A stretch of 64,000 nt of DNA, taken from the NCBI GenBank assembly GCA_046563655.1, contig CM102283.1, positions 7,378,001-7,442,000 of the forward strand, written 5' to 3'. The translations under genes and the position numbers were made by a program. Source of the DNA: Yuukianura sp. NJ FZ-2021. Taxonomy: Eukaryota. Below the pieces are notes generated by a model. It searched no databases. It was given only the letters and a program-made list of their open reading frames with translations, and was not told the DNA's origin. Shown in pieces: positions 14,074 to 30,487 of this stretch (its first letter is position 1; every line of letters begins with the position of its first letter).

Positions 14074-16647
14074 GACTGATTTGGACTAAGCGACGGTGTC
14101 CAGCCAAATTTTACAAAATGGAAGCGAAGGTGACCAGGCAGGGGGAGGTGACGTGGAGGGTGCCATTGTCACCGGCTGACCCCCGGCTTAAGTTAGTACT
14201 AAAGTCATAAGTATGTTTAGTGCATGGGGAACAATCAGCGACTCAGAAGCAGCGATTGGTTTTTTTGAAGTGGGTAAATAGTTGATTAGAGACGACAAGG
14301 TTTTAGCTGTCGATCTCAATTTTTATCACCGTTTTTCCCGTAGCCTGGATTTTGATCCCTCTAATCTTCTTCGACGTTGTCGCAGGGCCGGCACGACCAA
14401 TTTTTGGCCACATCATTTCATTCCTCAGTTTTTAGTCGTTGCATTTGCAGACGCTAACACTTTTTGATCATGAAATTTTAGTCACTAACATCTTTAGTCC
14501 CATCATTTCCAATAGCTTGCTTCTTTAGTTGAATGAATTTTTCGTTGATTGTTACTTTTTTTAATAGCTTTTCAGTGGTTAATGTCGCTCAGCTCATTTG
14601 CAAGCTGAAGATTTTAGAAAAATCTCTTTTGCGTTTAGTTTAGCTAAAGTTTTACACAAAATTTGATTTTGAGCGTTTTTTTTTCTTTCTAAACGGCCCT
14701 GCAAAGTTATTGAGCAACTTTTGCTGTTGTGTAAACGAAAGTGAAGCGTTTCTAACAATAGGTTTTTTGGAGTTTCGAAAAATTGGAAGTAGGGAATAGT
14801 AAAAAATGAAATGAGGTTAGAATTATCCTAATGTCAATACGGTACATGAAGATATGATAAAAGATGATGGAAAGGGAGGTTTTTCATGGAGAAAGCAAAT
14901 AGGGATGGACTGGATTTTGGAAATGGATTTCGAAAATTGTTTAGTTAGTGGAACAATGAATTTCACGGTGCTTGTGAAGTTTTACTTTTCAAAGTTCCTT
15001 TGGAATTTCCATTGTTCTTCGACGTTTACATTTGTCTATTCACCTTCTGTCCAATTGTCAAACTTAATATGATTTCAACGACGTGTTAAATCATAATTGT
15101 TCTCTGATAAAAAGTTTTTCAAGTGTTTTTTCATTGTCCAATTCGTCAAAATTGTTCATTGGTCGCAAGTCTGAAACTTTGTTTTTGTCCACTTCCAGAT
15201 TTCATGGAATCCGGCATCATCATCACCACCGTCATTAGAAAAGTTGACACGCAAAATTCATTAAAATTGGTATAACTTTAGACTCATGCAGATCTTTGAT
15301 TTTTTTTGTTTTTGCAAATTGACCAAAATTTGAAGTTTGTCAATGAAACAAAATCAAAATTTGATGCTTTCAAATAAAAAAAAAGCTAACCAGACATTGA
15401 ATTTATCAACTCATCTGTCTTAATTTTCAGCCGGCGTAATTTTAGAATTAATGAAAAAGTTTGTTGGTCATTAAAGAATTACAAAAAGAATTCGTCAAAA
15501 TTTTTGTACAAAATTCACTTGTTATTATTAGAACTGTGAGGTCAGAGTGCGTGGGGGTCATAATTTTTTACTGTCAAAACATGGTTTTTGCCAAAGTTTT
15601 GAAAAGTATTTTTCATGTAAGCAGATGCAGCGGTGGAGTGTGTCTTGTACTAACAACTTTCCTTTTGTTTGTTTTTTCAACTTATTCAAAAAAATCCTAT
15701 TCATTATTCGTTTTTACACCTTTGACCTTGACGTGATTCCTTTTCACCTGAGACAGCAGTTTCCAAAAAAACAGTAGTTTTTAGCTTTTAAGACACAGAA
15801 CAGCATCCAAAGTTTCCTTAATTTGAAACAGTAGTGGTGTAGCATGATTGTGTTGCTGAAGCTTTTTTTGAAATTTTGAAACCAAAATTTTTGTGAAATA
15901 AGAAATCAAAATGCATCTGGTTTATGAACTGAATGTCATGGGTCTGTTAGTTGGAATTGGAGTGATGTCATATTTAATGGTAAGCTAGAAAATACTTCAG
16001 AATTTCAGAATTTCCAAGTATTATTTTAAAAAAAAAAAGTCAAAAATTTGTGGAATTCAAAACTCAAAATTTTGTTCTACACAACACAGGTTTACTGTTG
16101 CGTTGCATTACGCAGAAAGTTGTTAGAGATTCCACTAGAACCAAAATTCAACGCAGAACGGAGTCACCCGACGACGCCAATTCCATAATTGCAGATTTCA
16201 GAGATACCAATTACGCATCTTCTGCAAAACGGAGATTAGGACAGTACGTGACTCATTTGCAGAATCTATTAATAACTTAAGTCCAATTTGAGAGTGACGC
16301 ATGCGTGGAGTGTTAGTCGCTTCCGGTGACGCCAAGTTTCGGATGTCCTCTTTCTTACATACAGCGTTAGTCAACCATCACTTTTTAGTCTGTAGAGATG
16401 CAATTCTACGCAATTCTTAGAACTGAAAACAACATCTTCAACTTACCTGTAATTACCAATCATTTTTAATTAGTTCTTTCAAACTGAGACGAAAACAAAA
16501 GATGAAAGTTAAACTGAAAATATGTAAACACCGACCTATAAAAAGACTTCCGCAATCAGCACTCTTCGTAAAGCGAAACTTTTACTTTTTCTTGACTCTT
16601 CTTCAACTTTTTTCAACAACATTTAAAAAAAGTGCTCTTTTTCGAAA

Positions 16648-18741
16648 ATGAACTTTTCAAAACTTTTTTGGACGTTGACCTTGTTGCTGCTTGTTTTGGT
16701 GACCTTTGGAGCTGAATCTCGAAAACGTGCCTACAGGATCCAAGATGTCCATCGCCTCCATCTTAGCCTCACGCCCACAGCATGGAAACCGCGTTGGTCA
16801 GTTATTCGTCGAGGTTAGACGAAAATCCAGAAATAAAACGCATATGTGTTAGTTAAAAATGTTAACTTAAAATTAACTAAAATTATTTAAGTTTATTTTA
16901 CAAAAGTTAAAATTAATCTACACATTCTTGTTTCGTTTGTTAAACTTATTAGTGTTTGAAACTTTTGTTCAAAACAAAGTAAACAATTTCCTAAAAACGG
17001 GTAGTAAACAAATACTTAAATGGTAAACAGTTTGCCAGTACGTGTCTTGCTACTATTTTCTTTTAATTTTAGAACTCATTGTTACGTGCAGCTTTTTTGA
17101 AATGCATCATTCAATTGTTTTAAACGAAGTTTCACTTTTAATTGCTTAATTTCCACTCAGCATAGAAACTACTACTTGTAGAAAAACAAGGCATTTAGAA
17201 CAGTTTTCCAATTTTAGAGCACGTTCAGAAAAAAACAAACCTTGCATACTGTCTGCGAACTGGAGAAAATTTAAATGCATTTTGCAAATTTTCTGTTGTT
17301 AGTTTATAATTTGTTTGTACTCCTGGAATTGGTAAGTAAATTGTGCAAATGTTCACACGGTACGTCGTCAACACCCAAAATTATAATACCTTGCCATATT
17401 TGTTCCAATTCAAAATTTTAGGCAATCTGCGATGGCGCCAATTTTCAAACACTGGGTCATGAAAGTGAAGTTTTGGACAAAGCTGTATTTGCCGTGCGTT
17501 TCAAAAATGGTAAAGTCGTGAAGCGTAGTTTGTTTGAACTGGATCCCCAGAAAATTCTTGACGATGAATACGTCATTCCAATTGGTAAGAAATCTTGAGC
17601 TGCCATGACCTTTGACCTTTCACACTTGACCCTTCACTACGATGTCTCTCAGTATTGTTCTGGTTTCAGTTGAACCCCAAAAAGTTAGCGGCAGGATGAA
17701 ACGTGAAGATGCCCCGCCCGAAGAGGAAACAACACCAGAACCAAGACCAGACGAAATCGCTGCTGATCCAGTTCTAAGTTCAAGGTCGAGGACCGTTGAA
17801 AAGTCGTATCCGAAGTTGGTCACACCTAATGTCACATGTCTTACGGCAGACGACATGAAAGTACGCTTACGGAGTGTCACTTATCTCTACCAACCCCCTC
17901 CTCGTAGAAAATGTCCGAAGAAGCTTAAAGTAAGTTACTGAAATACAAAAAACTTGCATTCGGAAAACGTTTTTCTCGAAATTTTCTATTTTAGTGCCAG
18001 AAGTACACTTCGTGTACAGTTTGGAGAACGGGATTTGTAAGCGCCTGACTATTTTTTCTCAATACGCGATGGCCTGAAATTTTGAAAATTCTAAAATTCG
18101 TCAAAATCTTATGAATCTTGATATTACGCAGGTATACCCCAAAACGTTTGCATTGAACGTAGAAAAGGCCAGAGGGTTCTATAATGAACTTTTTGTTTGG
18201 TTGAATGAGCAAAAGTCACAAGAACTTTTGGCAAGCTTTGACGAATGCGTAAAGTTCTATGGTAAATTTTGTCGAAATTTTTGTTCGAAACGTCAATTTT
18301 TGAAAAACTATTTTTTGAAGGACTTGATAAACCGTTTACCGGAGTGAGTAGTGCTGAAGCAGCAGAAGCAGCGGCGGGTCCTGAAGATCCACTTGCTGTT
18401 GGCCACTCACATGCGCATGCTAAAAAGAAAAAGAAAGGTAAGAAAAAACCGAAGCGGGCACTGGAAGAACCTGATTCGTCGCAGCCAGCACCACCACCGG
18501 TTGCGGGCGGTGAAACGCAAACCGAACAGGTTTCGCCGGATCCCGGAGGGCAAAGTCCGGAAGCCGGACTTACCGACTGTCGAGTTCGTATCGAAGACTA
18601 TATGGAATGTTTCGATACGATCATGAGCAAGGTCAGCACAACTAACAACATAACATAAGTATTGACAAATACTTAACTAATTTCCTAACTTATTCTAAAA
18701 ACTAGGGATTGTGCTACTGGCCATCAATTGAACTGGTGTGA
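16648..18741 (+). CDS. Secreted cysteine-containing protein of unknown family (8 exons including a 29-nt microexon)
   Basis: TATAAAA at 16537; signal peptide MNFSKLFWTLTLLLLVLVTFGAES; the frame is kept via microexon 17303-17331; further exons encode CQKYTSCTVWRTGF, ASFDECVKFYG and TDCRVRIEDYMECFDTIMSK|GLCYWPSIELV*; AATAAA at 18831. Confidence 0.65.
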
Positions 18742-19147
18742 ATTACTGAATTACGTAATTACATAATTACTTTTGGCGAAGTAATTCGTACAAGTAACTT
18801 TATTATTTCGCATGCTTTTTACAATAATGTAATAAATCTTAGTGAGTCGAGTAACTATAAGCACAATATTTTCAGTTTTAGTTCATAAGTTGCACCATAA
18901 GTTAAAAGTTCGCTTTAGTTTAAAATTATTATGAGTTAGTTCGGTGTTCTAAAACAAAACACTAAAAAGATCACAATGTTTGTTACATCTATGAACATTT
19001 AAGTTACTAAAAGTCGATTTAGTCTGCCCTATCAGGGTTAAAAAGATTCTTTCTTCAAGTATTAAGGTCGGAGGTTACGAGTTTAAGCCTAGGTAAAAAT
19101 ATTATACTACAATTCGTTTTCGCTAAAACAACCGACAGCATTGAGGT

Positions 19148-22380
<3,233 letters not shown>

Positions 22381-22969
22381 AACTAAATATTTCCAACATT
22401 CCACTTGAAAAAACCTAAGCCAAAAACTGCTGACGCAAGTGACACCCTCGTAACAGAGGGGTAAAAACCTTATTGTTTTTTAATTAACGTTGGGTGGGAC
22501 CACTTTTAACTTTTAACTTGAACATTAACTTTTAAACAAAGCTGTTACAGTTATCCCAAAAATAGCTCGTGGAACAGTTACAGTACTAACAAGGAAACCA
22601 CAAAATCAAAACCAGGGCAGACCGAAACCAACGTTGTTTCCTCCCTGGTTTTGGTTTTATCTTTAACTTTTGTTGGTTTTGTGCAATTTTTTTGTCACTT
22701 CTGGAAGTGCTCCACTTACAGGTTACACCAGCATGTTCATGTGACTAATAACAAAAATTTTTAATCAGTTTTTATCTAGTTTGTGTAAGGAAAATAGTGG
22801 ACTTACCTGGTGAGTATAGAATTGATCTGATCCAGTGGCATAACTCTTCATGGGGGATTCAACATGTGGAAAAATTTAAAATTGCGACTGTGAAGCCGAC
22901 CTTTGGATTTCTGAGAATAAGTTAGGGTGAAGGTCAGTGACCTTTGGCTTCTAGAGATGCCTCCACATC

Positions 22970-23069
22970 NNNNNNNNNNNNNNNNNNNNNNNNNNNNNNN
23001 NNNNNNNNNNNNNNNNNNNNNNNNNNNNNNNNNNNNNNNNNNNNNNNNNNNNNNNNNNNNNNNNNNNNN
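22970..23069. other. Assembly gap (100 N)
   Basis: Run of N characters. Confidence 1.
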
Positions 23070-25024
23070 TGTTAGTATCTTTACTTTTAGATAATCTCTT
23101 CTCGTGTAAGTTTCTTCCTTCTTCAGTAAAACTTGGATACAAGTTTACCGATTGACGGGATCAGAAGGACTGAAAGGCGAACAACAAATACCAGGAAATC
23201 AAATAGATACGAAGAACATCATCCCATGTACTAAAAACTACCGTACGGAACCTCTTTTGGGTACATAGGATAAGTAGTGTCTCAGCTGTTAGTCTGTTAC
23301 CGTAGGTTTTCCAATACTGACCTCAGAAAATACTGTTCTTGTTCCAGAAGCACTTAAAATACAAAGCTACCAGCAATTTTTTTGATGGCTGACCCTATAA
23401 CTTTAGGAGGGAATGTACTAAATAAAATGCTTCCGCATCCCATGCTAAAAGCTACTAAACTAATGTGAACTGTTGTATTGTATGAGGCATCTGCCAGTGT
23501 ACTAAATTTATTCCATGCGGTTTCTTTATATAATGAAGAATTAAATTTAAATCGGAATTAATTTGGGACCATTTTGCGCATCATTACTCCAAATGCGATT
23601 CAATACCGCAAAACTGCCAATTTTAAAACGCCTCCGGGTAACAGTTTTTACAGTAAATCCCCTCAATTGAGGACCTAAACAAAGAGCCACTTTCAAATTT
23701 CCCTCAAGTTTGCCGCGACCACTCCATGGCGCGAAATTCAAACCTACAAGTGACGCTTTTAGCTGAATTACTAAAGAAGCTATAATTAATTGTCGTCATT
23801 GTACGTGCATTATCCTGAGATAAAGTTATTGACGCATGTCAAATTTGTAATGTCTTTAGACATTGAAATTGAATTGTTAAATCTCTTGAGTTGCAAAATT
23901 TTAGTTTTGCTTTGTCAGGTTTTTCATTTCGAGACTGCATTGCGGGCACAATCCTTTCTGTATAGGGTATGGAAATCCATTGATTTTCTACAAAGCTATT
24001 GACCTGTCATTGACCTTTGTTTTCTCAAATTTCAACTTTCGTGCAACCTTATTACTTTCACGCCTTATTTTCAAAAAGATAATGTTCCATAGGGCAGAAA
24101 ATTTGTCAAGCACTAAAATTTCAGCACATCTTTTGTTGGATTACCATTGTAAAAAACCGTACTAACCACAGACTGACTAAAAACAGAAAGTAAAACGCCA
24201 TTTCTAGGTAGATAAAAGAACGTTTGTGGTATTAATTCGTAATTCATTCTGAATTTGCTTCTGGAAGTTAAACCGCTTTACATGTGTTTACATAATAATA
24301 AATCATGAGAAGGATCCGGGCACTCTAAAATAATGTTCTAAAAGCGTAACAACAACATTAAAAAATGCAAATAAAATACTTTGAATACAAAAGCTTACCT
24401 TGCACTGGAACGACTTTTGTCCAATTTCGTTTTTTCCGAAATCCGTTTAGTTTGGACTTCTATTTGGAAATGACAGTAGAAGTATAGGGTGGGGCTAGTA
24501 ATAAAGAAGAATCGTGAAGAGCTCTCAGAAGTTTCGACTGGGCCAAGGTCATCCGGTTTGGTCGATCGAAAGTGAAAACTCCGGTTTGGATTTTTTAAGA
24601 ACTTTTGGCAAGAAAAAGTAGAGCATGAGCCAAAGAAGTTCCGGGTTTTAGCAGAAGTCGTTCTTTTAGGAGAGAAAGCAATGCAAAAGTTGTGCAAAAG
24701 GGCTTGTGGCCTCTCTTAATCGAACTTCTGGAACAGACTGTACATTTTCTGTTTTTGGCCGGAACTGTACTCACTCCGAGTTATTGTGCCAAAAACAGAG
24801 ACAATGGATCTGCCAAAGTCCAATTCCACGAAAAGTAATTAAATTTTGAACATTCCAGGGGCCGGTTTGCTTTGTGCTATCAAAACTTAGCATCAAATTT
24901 CGAAGAAGTTTGATACCGAAATGGGCGCGGTCCATTTGACCAATTGTTTCTGGACCACATTTAACAAAGTAATTGACTTCGTGAGTCACTGTAATTAAAA
25001 ACTTGGACATAAATTGCTACACTT

Positions 25025-26903
25025 TTAGGCTTCTGGGTCAATGTACTGGTCATCGCGTCCTTCGGTCAATGCTCTCTTGCGTTTCAAAAAAGTTTCTTCG
25101 TCTACGGACAGCGGTTGGTAGCCTTTTCGAGTTCTCCAACTGACACGCGCAATGAATACTACGATGATGATCCAAATTAGGAAGCATGCCAATGAAAATG
25201 CACCAAAGTGGATCCAGATCCAAGTTTCTGAATGACAAATTCAAAAATTCTAAGAATTTTTTGAAATTTTTGTGTTGAACTTTTTTTTTAAGTTATGACG
25301 CTACCCGGAATTGGCGGAGGTTCCACTGGATCTTGTGTGTCCAACTTGAAAATGGCCTTGACAAGGTCATCTACAATGCAAGTGTAATTGCCTTCATCAG
25401 TAGTGTTAAGAGCTGGAAAATGAATTCCACCACGACTCTTGGTGTAGCTCATGACCTTTGACCTTGAACTTGATTTTTCAGGTAACGTCAACAATACATT
25501 GTTTTTGAGCCATACAATGTCGGCCGATGGATTTCTGAAAAAATACAAAAAGAAAATGACAAAAATGTATTTTTTTTTGAAATTCTATTTACTGTGAGCA
25601 TCGAAGCGTCAGTTCCTCTCCGATAGTCCCGACCACTGTTAAGATTTGAGCAGAAGCAATTCGGCTTGAAGTTTGTGCAGATTCGTCTACACCAACTCCT
25701 GGAATTGCACATACGCCATCACAGGGCAACTCTTCAATGAAATCCAAAATGGCGTTAACTTTTTTGCGTAACTTTGAAGTTAGAAATCGCTTGAGCATTG
25801 TCGAGTGACATGAAAATCGGTAGCCAAAATCCAGTGCTTCAGAACCACTTTTTTTGTCATCGCCAGAAGATAAAGTAGGAATAGACAGTTGACAAGTTCC
25901 TGTCCGCATGCGCATTCCATGCGGACGTCCACAACTACGACAACTGCCCCAATTGGTCCATTTATGCGACACCTTAACGTTAATTAAGTTAAGTTAATCA
26001 ACATTTTAAGCAGATTAATCAAGCATCTTGCTTAAAAAACTACTTACGTTGTAGTTGTGAGTGTCGTTGGAATTGACAAACCAATTTTTCAAATCGTTTT
26101 TGTACTCTGCTTGCAGTTTTTTGTTCAACGGAGCGATATTGGCTTTGTAGTATTCATTATAGTCTTGCAAACTCCCGCGTTTTGGTTCCAGGTCACTTGA
26201 CTGGTCAACGGCTATTAAAATATATTAAGATTAATTCATTTTAGTTTATATTTATGATTTTATATTATATAAAATGTTTACCGTCAACGAGAAAGTTAAA
26301 TTTGGGTATGGTGTCGTCCAATCCTTGACAAAAATACAAAGCACCGTCGGATTCAGTGAAATTTCGAATCAGCAGACGATGGTCCTCGGTGACGACAAAT
26401 TTTCGCGCCCATTCTGGATACTCAAGATGCAGCGGAACGATTTTGAAACGTTTCGATGCTAAGAACTTTTCATAGTAGTACCAAACTTTTGGAACGCTTT
26501 CATCATCATGTTCATTGCTTTTGGAAAAAGTTGAAAATCTTGAAAAATGAAAAACTGAAATTTTTAGTTTCAAGTAAATCCGAGCTTACCAATAATGACA
26601 GTCGAGTTGTACCGTTCCATCAGTTTCGGCAGCCACAATTACGTACTTATCAGGAGCATTTTCGGAAAGTCCCACCATTCGCCTGCGCTCGGCACAACTC
26701 GGAGCAGCGCTTGGATTTCCGACTTGACAATCCACTCGATCCATACACTCAAAAACTTTCAAATTCTGCAAATCTTTGGCGCCATTCAATTCTGCCATTT
26801 TCATTAATTCGCCTTCTAAATCACTCCGGTTTTGTTCAAACATCAACACAACTACTAATGTTAAAAACAAAAGTTTCGAAAATGAAGTTGCCACCATTTT
26901 CAT
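25025..26903 (-). CDS. FAM187A-like type I membrane protein with two Ig-like domains
   Basis: Hydrophobic N-terminus; Ig1 (VQLDCHYC...LLIRNFTESDGALYFC); linker WTNWGSCRSCGRPHGMRMRTGTC typical of FAM187; Ig2 (LTLRC...IVWLKNN...DEGNYTC); TM WIWIHFGAFSLACFLIWIIIVVFIA; cytoplasmic YQPL; TAA at 25025. Confidence 0.75.
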
Positions 26904-27098
26904 TCTTATGCTTACTCGTCATATTTGTGATTCAAATTGAAGAATTTTATTCAAAACTCAATTTGTCAAATTCAAAAAAGTTATCTCCGTTTTCAAAATT
27001 CAAACAAACTTTTCAGCTTTTGTCAGCTTGACGAAAGTCAAACACAAAAATATGGAGTCAAATCGTTAAAAAAAAAAGTAAAATCAAAATTTAAAAAA

Positions 27099-28361
27099 TT
27101 ATTTTAAAAAGTTGGAGAAAAGTAAAAACAGTTGTTCCAGATGAGTAAATTGCATCCAATGCGGTGCTTTGTCGATGATTTCTAGTCTATAGAATTTGAA
27201 AAAAAAAACCAATAGCTACTAAATCAAATAATTTTTGAAAATGTACATTTCGAAAACTTGGTTTTCATTTTTTGATGCTGTAAACTGTTTTCAAGTGTTT
27301 TTAATTTTGTATTTACATACCTGGATGCTTTAATGTGTTCATGGAGATGATGCGCTTGCGCAACAGGTCCAAGATCATCATCACTTCCCGCCACAATAAG
27401 CGTGGGACATTTGATTTTTTCAAATTTTTTGACCCACTGGGCCTTGTCTTGGTTGAAATGGTCTCGACCAATCATGTCAGCCCACAAGCGCCAAGTTTTC
27501 TCAAATTCTTCGTGGGTCATTCCGTGTCCTTCGACTTGTTCTTCCAGAAACTTCGGATCCATTGTTTTTACGTCGCTATGCTCTTCAACAACGAAATCCA
27601 AAAACAATTTAAATTTTGGTGCTCAAAATTTTTGAAATCACAGGCTTACTGAGATGTACTGGAAGGTGGTCATCTTCAAACAAATCCCAAGTACCCCACA
27701 CTATTAATTTTTGAACCAACTCTGGGTACTTGACTGTCAGTTGAATTGCAACTTGACCTCCAGCACTCCATCCCATGAGGATCCACTTGTCATGTCCAAG
27801 GTGCTAAAAATTTTAGTTATTATTTATTATAATTATTTTTTATAACAATTAATGTTAATTCGTATTAATCAGAATGAAGAAAATACCTTTAGTAACTGGA
27901 CACCCATCTCAACTTCAGCGTCAAAGGAAATGTCACTGTCTTTGCGTGGCGGATTTCTACTCAAGAAATAACCTTCAAGGGCAGTCAAATATTAAAATTT
28001 CAGTGTAATTACTCTAATTACTTGTAATTCAAAATGTAATTACTTTAGTCTCAATTACCTGGTGGATCCCATGTATAAACGGTGTACTTGTTACCACCAT
28101 CAGAACTTCCTAGTCGTTCCAACAAACCTCCTGAGCTATATCGCATCGAACCTGATTTCCACAATTTCAGGCACAGAAAAATTGGTTTTAAAAAGTAAAA
28201 CTGAAATTTTGAAAAACAAAATACGCACTTATAAGAGACTTACCCAGGAGTCCGGGAAAACAGAAAATCGGAGTGGGTCCTGACCCCAGCTTGACATAGC
28301 AAACATTGTAGTCTCCAATTTTAACTTTTTTGGAGAATTCTAGCATTGGTTCTTTGTCCAT
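27099..28361 (-). CDS. Alpha/beta hydrolase, valacyclovir hydrolase (BPHL)-like, copy A
   Basis: GSGPTPIFCFPGLLG, DPPGYFLSR, nucleophile elbow MGWSAGG, KCPTLIVAGSDD, catalytic His in KAPHW. Confidence 0.82.
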
Positions 28362-28915
28362 TTTTGCAAAAAAATTACAAAAAAAAATCGTGTTGTCTTT
28401 TACTTTTGCAAGAATACCGTCAAGCCTATCACTGTCCACAACGAAAAACTTGAAAACTAGAAAAAAAATTAAAAAAGTTGCAAATGATGCTTCGGCTAAG
28501 GTCCAGTCCTGACTGCTAACAAGAAAAAAAATTTGTCAGAATTTTTTCTGTTTTAAGATTCTAAAGGCATAAGTAAACGACCTTGGATTTGAAATTCCTC
28601 TCACGGCACAACAATTCATGCTCTGTCGTACAGAAAACAAAAGGAACAGAAACTCTAAGCTGCTTTTAATGGTTTAGGTCGTTCAAAATTTACTCATCGT
28701 GGTTCGTTTTTCGAAAAAAAAATCTTTTGTTCAAAGAAATATTTATTTTTAAATTTGAGAGAGTCCAAAAGTCAAAAAAAAAATTCGTTTTCGATTCTCC
28801 AAGAATGAGTCAACTCCATCCATGAAAGTTTTGTCAAATTTTATTTCCAAATTTTATCAGTTCAAGATAGGTCAACTGCTTTCTAGAAAAAAATAACTTA
28901 GGTCAATGACCTCTG

Positions 28916-30123
28916 TCAGTTCAGAAACTCTAAAACGTGGGCGTACATCTCTTCGGCATGTGTCTGCTGCATAAAATGTTGGGCTCCCTCCAGTATTTTT
29001 AGTCTAACATTAAAAAAAATTAATAAAATAAATTATTTCATAAAAACGAAAAATAATTTGGAAAATAATTTGGAAATTACTCCGCATTTTTGATATATTG
29101 GTGGAGGTACTGCGATTGGGAAAGTGCCGCCAAGCGGTCGTCGCTTCCAGCGATAATCAGTGTTGGGCACTTCAAATTTTCAAATTTTTGCTTCCACTGA
29201 TTCCTGTCTTTGTTGAAATGTTCCCGCTGAATCATGTCCATCCACTTGTGCCAACAAGCTTCAAAGTCTGTGAAGCTCAAACCATGTTTCTCAAGTCGGA
29301 TGTTGAGCATCTCTGGATCTCCTGATCTGAGGTCACGGTGGTCTACAAAGGTCAAAAATCACAAGACAGTGTCAAACACAAAGTTGGTTTTGGCGGAAAC
29401 GTTGTTATTTTTGGGAGTCATACGAAGATGAGTTATGAGGTGATCATCATCAAACAAATCCCAAGCTCCCCAAATAATAAGCTTTTGAACCATCTCCGGA
29501 TATTTCATGGCAAGTTTCATCGCCGACTGACTTCCGGCACTGTAGCCTAAAATGATCCACTCGGATTTGGAAGGTTCGAGATGCTAAGACAAAAGAAAAA
29601 TCAAAAATACAACAACAAAAAAGTTTAGGTCAAAGGTCAGACACAGACTTTCATCAACTGAATGCCCAGTTCCATGTCAAAGTCAAAAGAAATGTCAGCG
29701 TCTTTTCGAAGTGTAGGTCGACTCAAGAAATAGCCTGCGTAAGTTAAAACAATTTTAAATTTTGAATTTGATTTTTGAAAATTTTGAAAATTTGAAAAAT
29801 TGAAGCTAACCCGGTGGATCCCAACTGTACAAAGTGTACTTTTGTCCATTCTGAGTGTTTCCAATTTTTGTGGCAATTTCTTCGCATGAATGTCTCAGAG
29901 ACCCTGTTCCCATTTCAAATTTAATAAAATGTATTGCATTTTAAAAATATGAAAAATTACGAGCTCAAATTTGAAAAATTTTGAATTTAATTTTACCAAG
30001 TAGTCCTGGGAAAGCAAAAATCGGTGTAGGTCCTGACCCAAGCTTCAAGTAAGTAATTTTGTAATCTCCAATGTCAACTGCATGTAAAAATTCATACAAA
30101 GGCTCTTTCGTGTTATTCTCCAT
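28916..30123 (-). CDS. Alpha/beta hydrolase, BPHL-like, copy B (tandem paralog)
   Basis: GSGPTPIFAFPGLLG, DPPGYFLSR, LGYSAGS, KCPTLIIAGSDD, GAQHF; intron positions largely shared with copy A. Confidence 0.82.
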
Positions 30124-30487
30124 TGTTTTTTTTGTGAAAAAAAATCTTTTTTTAAGGTTGTCAAAATTTCTAAGAATTGAAGAAGCTGTGACTACCAACA
30201 AACTGATACTACTTGAAAGTACTATCAGTTCGTTCGCGTAAAATCTTGAAATTTTGAAGCTAAATTTAGCTTCAAATTAGCTGCGGATTTCAAAATACAA
30301 AGTACAAAGGCTATTTCAAATCCTTTAGTCATACGGTAAACTGATGAATGCCGTTACGCATGTTGCTGGCTGAAAATTACTAGCTATATGTTTTGTAAGT
30401 TTCGGTTTCAAAATTTATTTTTAATTGCGTCAGACAGCGAATTTCGTTGATGAAAGTTTTTTAACATTACAAAAATTACAGAAAAAT

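Noticed and set aside
22951-23142. ORF containing an X run
   Set aside because: Artefact of the assembly gap.
24395-25010. Minus-strand ORFs of 100 and 79 aa
   Set aside because: No recognisable domain or coherent exon chain; more likely UTR.
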